Notes: generated by a model from the letters alone, not told the origin. Numbered from the stretch's first letter, positions 26,084 through 38,100 are shown. The stretch: 58,012 nt of DNA from Octopus bimaculoides (GCF_001194135.2 NC_068981.1:182702251-182760262), one strand, 5' to 3'. Translations and numbers: made by a program.

Positions 26084-26223
26084 GGGTAGACGGAAACAGA
26101 AAGAAGCCCGTCGTATATATGTGTGTGCGTACGTATGCTTGTGTGTCTGTTTGTCCCCTCCCCTAACATCGCTTGACAACCGATGCTAGTGTGTTTACGT
26201 CCCCGTAACTTAGCAGTTCGGCA
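26084..26223 (+). mobile_element. Internal fragment of SINE family C
   Basis: gtagacggaaacagaaagaagcccgtcg...ccgtaacttagcagttcggca; truncated at both ends. Confidence 0.8.
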
Positions 26224-26312
26224 TAAGTTAAAAACGTAAAATTAAAACAGAACAGAAAGGATTGTACCTCGGAATCCTTTGTGTTCTGTTTTAATGCTAC
26301 GTTTTTAACTTA
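26224..26312. repeat. Near-perfect inverted repeat (40-bp arms, 9-nt loop)
   Basis: taagttaaaaacgtaaaattaaaacagaacagaaaggatt pairs with aatcctttgtgttctgttttaatgctacgtttttaactta; 37/40 complementary. Confidence 0.95.
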
Positions 26313-26407
26313 TTCTCTCACCTCGGCCACTATCTGGCATATACAGGTGCTCACAATTATCAAGTATTAGCTCTAAAATTTGCAATACCTATATATATAT
26401 ATATATA

Positions 26408-26514
26408 AGTCTATGTCCGGTCATAGAGTGGCTTTAGAGTCTGACAAGTCACGCATGGAGCTAAGCCCTTTGTAGATGCGAAACTATTGGTCATTCTATA
26501 GTCGGATATAGACT
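26408..26514. mobile_element. Small degenerate TIR element within a (TA)n tract
   Basis: agtctatgtccggtcatagagtg and cattctatagtcggatatagact, about 18/23 complementary. Confidence 0.5.
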
Positions 26515-27031
26515 AAACTATATATATATATAAATACATAACTACTCTTTGCTTTTAGAGTGTGCTTCTTTTTTCGGATATATGATAGATTGACGATATA
26601 TGTATGTGTGTGCGTCTTTTCTTTGTTTCACTGCTTGTTGGTTTTTTTTTACGCAACTGTAATCTAGCTGTTTAATAAAATGATAGTGATAGAATAAATC
26701 CTAGACACAAAAGTATGTACTGGGATTGGTTTCATTGACTAAACTCTTCAAGGCATTGCCCCAGTATGGCCGCAGTCCAGTGACTGGCATAAGTAAAAAA
26801 AATTAAACTAACGGAATTTGTATTAAATTTGTAAAATGACTTCTATTTCCTAGAATCATCAAAATTTTGAATATAGGCCGACAGGCAGATAGATAGTGGG
26901 TAGCACAAAGTGTAAGGGACACAAATAGCGCTATAAGCAAGGGAGATAATTAGAAACATATTTGTGTTTCTAATAAGCAAGAGGACGTAATCAGTAAATA
27001 TTTCCCTTAATTCAAACGTATTTGAATCACG

Positions 27032-27646
27032 ATGGCAGAATGTACTTATGTTAACAGTGTGACGTCCAGCATGTCTCAAAAGCGGCAAGATTACCTTGAA
27101 TGGGATGATTACTTCATGTCAGTGGCTTTCCTTTCTGCTCAGCGTAGCAAAGACCCAAGAACTCAGGTAGGAGCTTGTATTGTTAATGAAAATCGACGTA
27201 TTGTTGGCATCGGATATAACGGCATGCCTCGTGGTTGTAGTGACGATGATTTTCCTTGGTGCAATGAAGGTGTCACTGAGCTAGATAAAAAATATCTCTA
27301 CGTATGTCATGCTGAGCTTAATGCTATTCTCAATAAGAATTCTACTGACGTTTGCAATTGCTCTATATATGTTGGTTTGTTCCCTTGCAATGAATGTACT
27401 AAAGTCATTATACAGTCTGGAATTAAAGAAGTCATATACTATTCGGATAAATATAAGGACAAAATTACCTCTAAAGCTTCTCGAATTATGTTGGATCGCG
27501 CAAAAATAAAATATCGCCAGCATCGACCTACAAACGGACGAATTGTTATAGATTTTACTTTATTAGAAGAAAAGAAAGACCCGATTATAAGTTCAGTTTT
27601 GTCCCCCATTTCTGAACTTTCACTTGATAATCAGATGCGGACATGA
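27032..27646 (+). CDS. DCTD: Deoxycytidylate (dCMP) deaminase, single coding exon
   Basis: 204-aa ORF with [37 protein letters not shown] and the Zn-binding HAE and PCNEC motifs. Animal-type sequence with a short C-terminal extension. Confidence 0.95.
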   Translation: MAECTYVNSVTSSMSQKRQDYLEWDDYFMSVAFLSAQRSKDPRTQVGACIVNENRRIVGIGYNGMPRGCSDDDFPWCNEGVTELDKKYLYVCHAELNAILNKNSTDVCNCSIYVGLFPCNECTKVIIQSGIKEVIYYSDKYKDKITSKASRIMLDRAKIKYRQHRPTNGRIVIDFTLLEEKKDPIISSVLSPISELSLDNQMRT

Positions 27647-28693
27647 ACACTTGGAATTCATTATATTGCTAACAGTGCCTTTTCATAATGATATCCTGTT
27701 ATATTTAATTTTCTAGCTGAAATTAACGGAACTGGTCAAGTTTGTCTTTTATATACGAAATATTAACTGCTGTATTTTTAACGAAAAGTTTTATTCTATT
27801 TTGGGCACTGTCATGCTATTAGCTGTCAGAAGTGAAAGTGCTCACTGCTAGTGAAGTATCTGTCTGTCTGTCTGCATGCCTGTTGCTGGCTTGTCGATTC
27901 TTTGGCTACTGACAGCTAATACCATGACTGGCCGGAGCGAGCTATATGTCTGTCTGTCTCTCTCTCTCTCTATCTATCTATCACTCGAAAGTTATTGGAA
28001 CAAATTTGACATCTATATCCATGCGTTTGAAAACACAACACAGAGTATAAGGGTACTCGCGTCCGCGCTAGCTAGTCGTGAGTGGTCGATCCTATTATTT
28101 TTAAACTTCAAACTTCATTTGTTTTCTATTTTGATAAATTCTCTCTGTTGAAAATTATATTTTTATATTTTAAATAATTTGCAATTTCAGGAAATATGTT
28201 TTTATATTACCTAATAAAACTTTTTTTTTTATGGTTTGGTTTGACCTGTTAGGGTCTGCACTAGTGACCTTCGTAGGCGACTCCGAAACTGTTTAAGTTG
28301 ATGTAACTGATGTTCTTGAACAACTCCAGCCATTATGTTAGTCCCTGAAATAACTGTGCCTTTTTTTTTTAATGTTTCATTCTTGTTTTATTTTTTTTTC
28401 GTTTAATTCTTAGATTATTCACATTATAGTCTTTGTTTAACTTTCAGTTTATTTGAATTTTATTCTTTATTTTAATAATTATTCATTCAAATCTTGATAA
28501 GCATGCTATTGTTTGACATTTTCAACCATAGTTTCAAATTTCACTAATTCTCAGAATTTCCTTAAAAACATTTTAATTCATAATCTATGTTGTACACACC
28601 CCAAACTGTCTGTCAGATGACACAAATAAAGCAGAGGAAACAAGCAATGGAATTATTTCTATTCAAATCGTAAAAGATACAGAATGTCTCTGT

Positions 28694-28950
28694 CAGTGGT
28701 TCTCAACTGGAATTTATATGGACCCTGGGGGTGGGGTCCATGTAAGATTTTGTTGCTAAAATTCATCTGCATTAAACTGGTTCTATTTGTACAATACACA
28801 AAATATATATATATTTTTTTTAATACAATTCTTCATAATATTATAAAAGTATAATAGGATTTCTTTAAACAATGAATGGCTATAGGGGAATCACCTCCGT
28901 AAAATGGGAATCAAAGGGGCCCATAGGTGAAAGGGGGTTGAGAACCACTG
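28694..28950. mobile_element. hAT/Charlie-type MITE
   Basis: TIRs cagtggttctcaac and gttgagaaccactg; decayed 8-bp TSD gtctctgt / atctatgt. Confidence 0.85.
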
Positions 28951-30094
28951 ATCTATGTAATTAAAGTCTTAAAGTTTTAACTGTGGGAGCAAATGAAACA
29001 ATATCAGGTATCATATAAAAGTGATATATAATAAATGTCTAATACTATGAAATATAAAAATTGAACAAATATTGTTTGAAATATGGAATCTTTATAATGT
29101 ACAGTTTCCTTCATTAGGAATCAGAATAGTTTTTATTGACAGTCAGTTGTTCTGTTGATTTATTTTTTTCTGTCTTGAAATAAACATGTTATCAATTCTT
29201 ATTGTTTTTCTGACTTTACTGATGAACTATCCTCAAAAATTTCATATTCTTACTTCATAATGTTTCATTGAAGATATTTTACTGTCAAATTCACCCGTTG
29301 CAGCCAGAAGTCATATTGTATTTTCCAGCATATATGTCAACACAATATATTGTGTAAACATGTAGTGTAAGCATTCAAACATTCAAAATCCTGTTGCATT
29401 TCACATGGAAATTTTGGTCCTCCAAAGTCGTCTTTGTGTATAAATTGGCCTAACTTTTTTGGTTGTAAACTTTGGTTTTAAAATTTTGACTTGTTTGCTG
29501 GAAAATGCAGGTGAGTTGAAATTGAAAATCCACTCTTTTGTTTTTATGACACCGACAAAGCTTGCAAAAGCTAAAGGTATTGTATACTTTCTTCTCTGAT
29601 TAGGTATATATGTTAAAAAAAAAAAAAAGTGTGTCGGAAGAATAATGAAATTTTCTTTTGTGGGTGAAATGTCATTGAAACCTTATTCAAGAAATGCGAA
29701 GAATAATTGCTTTTACTTATGAAATTATGAATGTTGTAACTCATTCATCATTGAAATATTTTGCTGAAGTTAGTTCACATATTGGACATTTATAAAACAT
29801 AATTAATACTATCATAATACTGTCTCAAATTGAATACTATTGAAAGGTATGTCACGTATTGAATTTCAAACTTTTCTTTTGTAAAATCAATAAAACAGTG
29901 CTATACAAGCAGCTAAAGATTATGACATTTCTCATTAGAATAATATACCATAACTATGTAAAGAATTCTAAAATTGTAAGTAAATCTAATTACATTTTCT
30001 TTCAAATAGATGTATTGTTCTGGCCAACATAGGAGATTCACATCAATCTCATCTATCTATACTATAATATAATATATACACTTATATATAGGCA

Positions 30095-30600
30095 CAGGCA
30101 TGGCTGTGTGGTTAGAAGTTTGTTTCCCAATCATATTGTTCTGGGTTCAGTCCCACTGTGTTTGCTGGAAAATGCAGGTGTTTTCTGCTATAGCCTCAGG
30201 CTGACCAAAAAAATTTGTGAGTATTTGGTAGATGGAAACTGAAAGAAGCAGAGTGGTTGATGTCAGGAAGGGCATCCAGCTGTAAAATCCTGCCAAATCA
30301 GACGCAGTAGCCTAGGGTAGTTTTTCTACCTGGCCAGCTCCTCTCAACCATCCCACTCACGCATGCATGGAAGATGGATGTTCAACGGTGATGATGATGA
30401 TGGTATGTATGTGTGTCTGTGTCCCCCCCCCATCACTGCTTGACAACTATTTTTGGTGAGTTTACATCCCCATAACCTAGTGGTTCAGCAAAAGAGACTG
30501 AAGCAATATATACTCAGCTTAAGAAAAAAATTCCCGAGGCTAAAATTCTTCAAGGTGTGTTCCATCATGGCTGCAGTCTAATGATTAAAACAAGTAAAAG
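30095..30600 (+). mobile_element. SINE family C with an embedded family D repeat
   Basis: Head ggctgtgtggttagaagtt..gggttcagtccc; D segment at about 30250-30400; C tail resumes afterwards. Confidence 0.75.
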
Positions 30601-30626
30601 ATAAGACATAAGTACATACACACATA

Positions 30627-31185
30627 CGAGGAAAAGTCAAAAATTATCTGCACTCTTGCCATAACATATCTTTATTGTTGTCACACTGCCTTCAGTGCAT
30701 GCATACTTATAGTTGGTACTATTGTGGTCATGTGATCAAAGTTTGAGCCTGATTGCGCCATTTTTCTTTCTGGCTTTACAGTATAAGCATGGTCACTCCA
30801 CTAGCAATGAGCACCAAAGAAGATCAAAGAGCAGTGATCTGAGAGATGGTAATGGTGAACCGGCTCACCATTACCTTCTCTCAAGCTTGCTGAGTCTTCT
30901 CATCAGTGGTGGGAGGTTGATGGACATCCTTCTCCCTCTTCATGCATCATGCTCATCTGGCAACTTTTAAACTTCTTGATCCACTCATACACACTTCTGT
31001 GCAGTAGTACACTGACTCCGTATTGTGCTAAAAGCCTCTGATGAATTTCAGCACCCGACTCACTTTCCGACCAGAGAAATTGGATCACTGCTCGTTGTTC
31101 TTCTTTGGTGCACATTGCTAGTGGAGTCAGAAAGAAAAATGGTGTAAACAGGCTCAAATTTTGATCAAGTGACCATGCGAACTGA
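30627..31185. mobile_element. Two mariner 5' fragments in converging orientation
   Basis: TA+cgagg TIR and start of transposase on +; MCTKEEQRAVIQFLWSE..GAEIHQRL..YG..SVYEWIKKFK on -. Confidence 0.8.
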
Positions 31186-31809
31186 GCCTCAGTGGAAATC
31201 CAACTGCATGCTAAATTTCTTGCTGAATACATAACTTCTACCTTGCTGATGGTATCACTATACATGACTTGCATTGCTTTCATAAGACCTTCATCAGCAT
31301 CTAGTTAGCATAGTACCTTGTGGAAAATCTAATCAACAAAAGCTAGATACAGTGGCTTGCTTTTAGCTAATAACTTGTGTCGTTGTCCCACTTTTAATAA
31401 AGGTATCAGTAGTACTCCATTCCTGGTACAAAACTGACCAGTGTCTCATTTTAGCTGATTTCCTTCATAATCAGTTGTGCTTCAACTCTTTATTCCATCT
31501 ACTGTTATATAATGTGGGGTAGCCATGTATTTTCTCTATGGCCTGTGCTTCTTACACTTGTGTTTGTCCCTCTGTCATACTTTAGTCTCTCAACTCCTGA
31601 CATAAAACCCCTCCTCTCAAACACATTTCTACTGAATTGAGGGATCTTTTTATTTTCTTTGTCTTTCAGGTTTGATAACATCACTAATGTTGGTGTTGCA
31701 AAAAAGCAGCCAGAACACATTGTAAAGTGTTTGGCATTACGAAGGGAATCCATGCCAAAGTTAACATTGGCGCTTGATGAAGTCCTGTAGCTTGTTGAAC
31801 CATCTAACC

Positions 31810-32121
31810 CAGTGGTTCCCAAATTTTTTTGGACTGCCACCCCCTTGACACCCAAGTCACATTCCTAGCACTCCCACTTCAACTAACTGTCACAAACATA
31901 GACTCCTTTCTGAGGCAAATTCAAAGCAACTGTATTTCACAAATAAGACTTAACCAAATGAACCCATTTTGTTGTTTTTGCATGAATCACTGCCCCATTA
32001 TTGCCCCACTCCTTACATGAATCATTACCCCATTATTGCCTCACTTTTCTTCAATGCCCCATTGGAACTTTCCACCATCCCCAGGGGGGGGGGGCAATGC
32101 CGCCCACTTTGGGAACCACTG
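31810..32121. mobile_element. hAT/Charlie-type MITE
   Basis: TIRs cagtggttcccaaa and tttgggaaccactg; perfect TSD atctaacc at 31802-31809 and 32122-32129; inserted in a family D repeat. Confidence 0.92.
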
Positions 32122-32994
32122 ATCTAACCCATGCCAGCATGGAAAATGAACATGATGATGATGATGATGGTCCATCATTTTGATGTGTCTCCAGTTACTC
32201 TTTTCTAGAACACCTCCATTGTCTTTGTAGCAGTTGATAATAATACTGCTATGCTAGTCATTGAATATGACACCTTTTATTCCCTGATTGACTAACCAAG
32301 TGATTAGATTATCTCTTACTTTATTGGATATTTTCAACATTCCAGTGTCTATCCTTTGGTGTTGCAGCTGCTTTTTCTATCCTTAATTCTAGTTTTGACT
32401 ATAAGGCTGTCAACTTCAATAGCAGTTTCATTTTTTGGGTCCACTTGAGCAGATCCTTTATCTTCCCTGCACTACCTACATTCAGAAACCTCTTGTTGTG
32501 GCTTTTCTAATCCTCTTTCTGTTTAGTGATAACCGTACTGTTATGATAAATGTACCACTATCACTTCTTACCCACACTCATTTCTAACTACATCCTAATT
32601 TGCACAATTCATTGCTTTGTAATCTGGATCCTCTCATTGCAAACTTCTCTTTACTTCTTTCCATACTGCATATATACTTGATGTTTAGCATCTCTTCTAG
32701 CCAATCTCTCCAGATGTGTTACTCTGCTTTTATGGCTCTATCTATGCTAGTTCACCACTGTGTCACTTTCTGTTTGGTTAAAATCCTGCACCAGCCACAA
32801 ATCTGGTCCGTGAATCACAGTTAGCTGTCATCTATGTTACTTGTATTTATCTCTACATACTCACCATATAACATTATCCAATACTTCTTGGAATTTATAT
32901 GTGACTGAGGGATCTTTCAGGTTGTGGTGTGCACTGGAACTGAACTCAAAACTATGTGGTGCAAAGTAAACTTCTTAACCACACTGCTTTGCTG

Positions 32995-33462
32995 GCTCCT
33001 CCTCCTCCTCCTCCTCCTCATCATTTAACGTCCGTTTCCCACGCTGGCATGGGTTGGACAGTTTGACCAGAGCTGGCCAGCTGGAGAGCTGCAACAAACT
33101 CCAGTCTGATTTAACATGGTTTCTATGGTTGAATGCTCTTCCCAACACCAACCACTGTACAGAGTGTACTGGGTGATTTTTACATGGCACTGCAGAAGTG
33201 CTTTTTACATGGCACTGGCACAAGACTCTTACAGGTCAATTCTCTTCACTGGCTTTAACACTTCTGCTGTGGAGGATGGGTCTTCATGAGTACAACAAGG
33301 CATCAAGCATCGATCCTTTGTCTTCTTGTCTGGAAGGTTCAGGATCCTAAAGTCATCCTTCAACACTTGGTCCCATATCTTCCTGGGTCTCCCTCTTCCA
33401 CGCGTTCCATCCCCTTTGAGAGATTGACACTTCTTTATGGAGCTGTTGGCACCCATCCCCAT
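32995..33462 (-). mobile_element. RTE LINE 3' end showing that family D is its 3' UTR
   Basis: IKKCQSLKGDGTRGRGRPRKIWDQVLKDD runs directly into the D sequence ending ggacgttaaatgatga. Confidence 0.8.
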
Positions 33463-33701
33463 CCCATCTTACATTTTATTTATGCTGATTGCAATTTATA
33501 TTATCTTTCTACTTCAGTAAGAATATATAGAATAAGATATAGCTGGATTCTGAAATGTTGCCATGCTCTGATTAACATATATATAAGTTTAATATCTATG
33601 AGAGAAAAAAAAAAACGTACTTTTTCCAAAGGGACAGTAAAAATTAATCTTATTTATTTAGAGCAGAACAAATATTCTTTTATCATTATATTATATGCAT
33701 T

Positions 33702-34068
33702 GTGGAGGCGCAATGGCCCAGTGGTTAGGGTAGCGGGCTCAAGGTTTCGATTCCCAGAGCGGGCGTTGTGAGTGTTTGTTGAGCGAAAACACCTAAAACT
33801 CCACGTGGCTCCGGCAGGGGATGGTGGCAAACCCTGCTGTACTCTTTCACCACAACTTTCTCTCACTCTTTCTTCCTGTCTCTGTTGTGCCTGTATTTCA
33901 AAGGGCCAGCCTTGTCACGCTGTATCACGCTGAATCTCCCCGAGAACTACGTTAAGGGTACGTGTGTCTGTGGAGTGCTCAGCCATTTGCATGTTAATTT
34001 CACGAGCAGGCTGTTCCGTTGATCGGATTAACTGTAACTCTCGTCGTCGTAACTGACGGAGTGCCACG
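33702..34068 (+). mobile_element. tRNA-derived SINE, family A
   Basis: TSD atatgcatt at 33693-33701 and 34069-34077. Confidence 0.9.
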
Positions 34069-34339
34069 ATATGCATTACGTATAGAAGGCATCTACTGTC
34101 CCTGTGGTCTCCTTATATAATACAACACGTTACGAAAATTGAGGGGAATGACAAATAAATTAATTAATAAAAAAAAGAGAAAACTAATAATAAATGTCAG
34201 GCGTGGGTGATTAACAAACTTGCTTCCTAACCATTTGGTTTTATGTTCTGTCCCACTATGTACATCTTAGGCAGGTGCCTTCTACTATAAGCTCTGAGCT
34301 GATCAAAGCCTTGTGAGTGAATTTGGTTCCGGCCTGACC

Positions 34340-34597
34340 CTCCGTCAGTTACGACGACGAGTGTTCCAATTGATTCGATCAACCGAACAGCCTGCTCGTG
34401 AATCTCTGGGAGACTCAGTGGCATAGAATCTGACAAGGCTGGCACTTTGAATTAAGAGGTACAACGCGTTTTTGCCACCTGAGTGGATTTGAGCAACGAG
34501 AAATACTGTCTTGCTCAAGGGTACGACACACAGACGGGAATCGAACTCGCGAACATACGATCGTGAGTCGAATACTCTAACTACTAAACCACGTTCC
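34340..34597 (-). mobile_element. tRNA-derived SINE (family F) with a different head and body but the family A tail
   Basis: Minus strand reads cgtggtttagtagttagag..gagttcgattccc..cccttgagcaagac, then cacgagcaggctgtt..gtcgtcgtaactgacgga. Confidence 0.8.
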
Positions 34598-34817
34598 TTC
34601 ACAAGTAGGTAGACAGAAGCTACCGACTTAAACAAGGAGACCATCCAGAAGAGTTGCAAGAGATCCCGAAGTCGTCCGGAGGCCATGGTTGAAGCTAGTG
34701 GCGATTTTATTGAATAAATTTACTTTTTAGTATTTCAAGATATTTTTATGTAATTTTGGTAAATGTATCTGTTAAAATAAGATGTCAGTGTTATTTCCAT
34801 TTTTGCACAATTTAGAC

Positions 34818-35067
34818 CAGTGCTACTCAAAGAGGTGGTCCGCGGCGAGTTTCTAGAAAAGAAAGAAACATTATGAAATGCTTATGTAATATTGTATTAT
34901 TTGTTTACAAAATAAATATAAGATTAAAAAAATTGTCAACTTTTATTATATTCATTATATATATTGTTTCTGATGCAAATTAATATTACTAAGAAATATT
35001 ACCAGTCCCTGGCACATTGGGAAAAAAAACTGCCGGTACGCCACATCAGATAGTTTGAGAAGCACTG
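34818..35067. mobile_element. hAT/Charlie-type MITE
   Basis: TIRs cagtgctactcaaa and tttgagaagcactg; perfect TSD atttagac at 34810-34817 and 35068-35075. Confidence 0.92.
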
Positions 35068-35092
35068 ATTTAGACGACCGTGTATTCACCGC

Positions 35093-35134
<42 letters not shown>

Positions 35135-38100
35135 AATGAGTAGATAGACAGCCGACAATTGATGAAGAGTTCTTTCTGTATATTTACTTGTCCTGTTCTC
35201 CATTTATACATACATGCAGGTATGTCATATTTTCCGTTTGTTGTCTTTTTATTTAATCCTAAAAAACAATATGTATATATACGTACATAGAAACACACAC
35301 ACACACACACACACATCTGTATATATGTAACATCCCTGAATAGGGCAGTCTTGGTAATGTTCTATCGACCTCGGAACGATGGAATGCACAGTCGACTTAG
35401 CAGATCTGAACTCTGAACATCAACAAAGACATAAAGATCACAGGTATTTTGGTTGATGCTCAACCGCTTCTGCCACCCACTGTCCCAACTATGGTTAATA
35501 ATAATAGTTCATTGGTATATCAGAGAAAAAGGGAAATTTGAAGACGACCAGGTTTCAGTTGCTTATTAACAAGACAATACTCTTGTTTATTTTCTTGACA
35601 AATACATAAGATTTATATTTCCTAGTCGATGAGTATGAAAACTATGAAAAAAAAAAAAAAAAAAAAAACCCCAGCAAAAACAAATAAAAAAGAGAAGAAA
35701 AGAAAAATCGAGCGATTTTAGAAACAAACTTTCTCGTTACTTCCTGAAAAATACCTATTTCAAGAATATACAAGACTGTTACAAATAATACCTAAGTCGC
35801 TTTAGAATCACTTTCAGATAATCTTATTGTCAAATAATGCTAAAGAAAATGATTTTAAATATTAACAGAAATATGCATTAAAAGTATTATTTAGAATAAT
35901 GCAAGTGTTTCATGGCACACTTCTCTTTAGATTTAACACTGATATGACTAAACTATAAAAATATAAGATGTACAACAATAAAGCTTTTTTTTTATTTATG
36001 TAAGATACTAGCTGTTATTTGCTGGATACTTGTAGCAACTCAGTAATATAATCTCGTACAACTTATCAACGGATCGTAACGAGCATCCTGGAATATAATT
36101 TTCCTACTACAGTCGAGTATTGTTCACGTTTTGTAAAACGTGAAAACTAGTTTATTCCTTTATCGAATAAACTGGTTTTCATAAGCATACTGATTAATTT
36201 GCAAAAGAAAGCATTCGATAACTACAGAAATAGGTGTATGAAGCGATAGCTGACCACATTAGCAGTTAATCATGTCATTTTTTAACTTCAGCTAATTGAA
36301 ACTAGTAATAAATGATTGGCAGAAATAGATCTTGCTTTGTAATAATGTCGATAGGTTTTTAATCGATACCTATGTCATTTTGTCGCAAAGATCCAAATAT
36401 CTTCAATTATAAACCTTTAGAGACAGCAGTTATGACAAATGTTACAACAAACAACACGAATAATATAACGGATTCACGACCAAATAAATCAAACGATTCG
36501 CTAACCTTAGATGATGCAACTTAGATTTCTAAATCTTTGTTATTAGATCGCATTGAAGACAGGATATATGTTGATTTACAATACAATTTCATGTTTATTA
36601 ACTGCTCCTGATATTATTCCTGTATGATTTCAATTGTAATTCGCTGCCGCTAGTACGGTAAAAATTGGCAAAGTATTCCAATATGTTATGGCGATACATT
36701 ATTTGGTCATATATTTTTATTACTTTCTGATTGCACTTCGTTCTAAGACTCATTGATGGATTGATATTGTCGATTTCGAAGCTAATCAGAGGATTGTATT
36801 GTGTAGTTACTTTCCTTCTAATCATTTTACCAAACAGCGCTAACAGATTATATAATAAAGTAGCTACAATATGCAAATATAAAGCAAAAAAGGTTATTTA
36901 GAATATCGGAGGTGTATCTCCATTTAATAAGAAATACGGAGAAAGGAGTTTCACATGCAGCCTAAGTAATCATGTTTTGTTTTGCTGGTTGCTTTATTAA
37001 CTGCCAGTTTGAGGAAATAAAACAACGCCTGTTGCCCTTTCAGATACTTTAACATTAAAGGATAGTAATAACGGGGTACATTTGATGTTGTTCGCTGTTA
37101 GATTCAATTTTTAATATTTCATTAATAAGACGGCGATGGATTGGCAGAATATGCAGAGCAGCGAACAAAATGTCATGCGATATTGATGTTGCATACTTTT
37201 AAGTTTTGAGTTCAAATCCCGTCGAGGTTAGCTTTGTCTTTCTTTCATCACTCAGAGGTCGATAGAATATAGTGCTAATGAAATAATTACCTTTGTTTCT
37301 TATTTGCAAATTTCTGGCTCCAAATGAAACAAGGATATAAAAAGAAAGTGGGATTGAAAAAGAAAATAGTTCAGTTGTGAGGATGAAAGGTGGAAGAAGG
37401 GAAGTAATACAAAATTATAAGCTCTCAGAGCGCCGATAATTAAGCTGGCTGAAGCCATGTTGACTAACTTACATGGTTCAATTATAGAGAATGTGTTTTA
37501 GAAGATGCAGGTTTAACTTAACTGGCCTACTCTCTTGCAAGCATCCGGATTTGATATCTGGTCTAAGGATAAATTCCTCGCCTTATAGCTGCCTGTGTGT
37601 AGGTTCAAAGATGAGGACTTTCAGTAGCATCTTCTATGAGTCTCTGTCGCTTCTTTATTTTTTAGCCACTGGACTAATGAAGAAAGTGTGATGGTACGGG
37701 GGCGTTAGTTTATTGAATGAACAACTTGTACGATAAATATTATTATAGAGGACATGGTTTGTGCAAAGCCATTCCCGCTCCCTTGTCCTTCATACTCGCA
37801 TTGGTCTGGTACAACAAGTGTTGCAAGTCCAGTAGTTATCATGATGCAGGATTTCTAAAGTATAGTCGTATATTCTGGTGCAGTGTAGTGTAGGTCACTT
37901 AAAAATTTTATATGGTCACAGATATTAAAAAGAGTGCGAATCACTTTTATGTCTACAGCTTTTTACAATTTTTAAAGTCAAAATTCTTCTTTCAGGAATG
38001 TGCAAAAATATTTAAATGATTTTATTTACTTTTCTATTGATGTTCTAAGATTTAGCTAAATTTACTTTTGAAATACCTATGCTAATGTAATGATGCAGAT

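Noticed and set aside
27032-27646. Viral or bacterial origin of the dCMP deaminase
   Set aside because: The sequence closely follows the animal DCTD pattern and no viral or bacterial genes are nearby.
28250-28335. Minus-strand mini-ORF MAGVVQEHQLHQLKQFRSRLRRSLVQTLT, in phase with the 26322-26372 candidate exon
   Set aside because: Weak donor (gtcaaa), no pyrimidine tract and no recognisable homology.
29400-29515. Strong + donor CAG|GTGAGT and a basic minus-strand frame
   Set aside because: No coherent open exon; the sequence resembles a decayed DNA transposon end.
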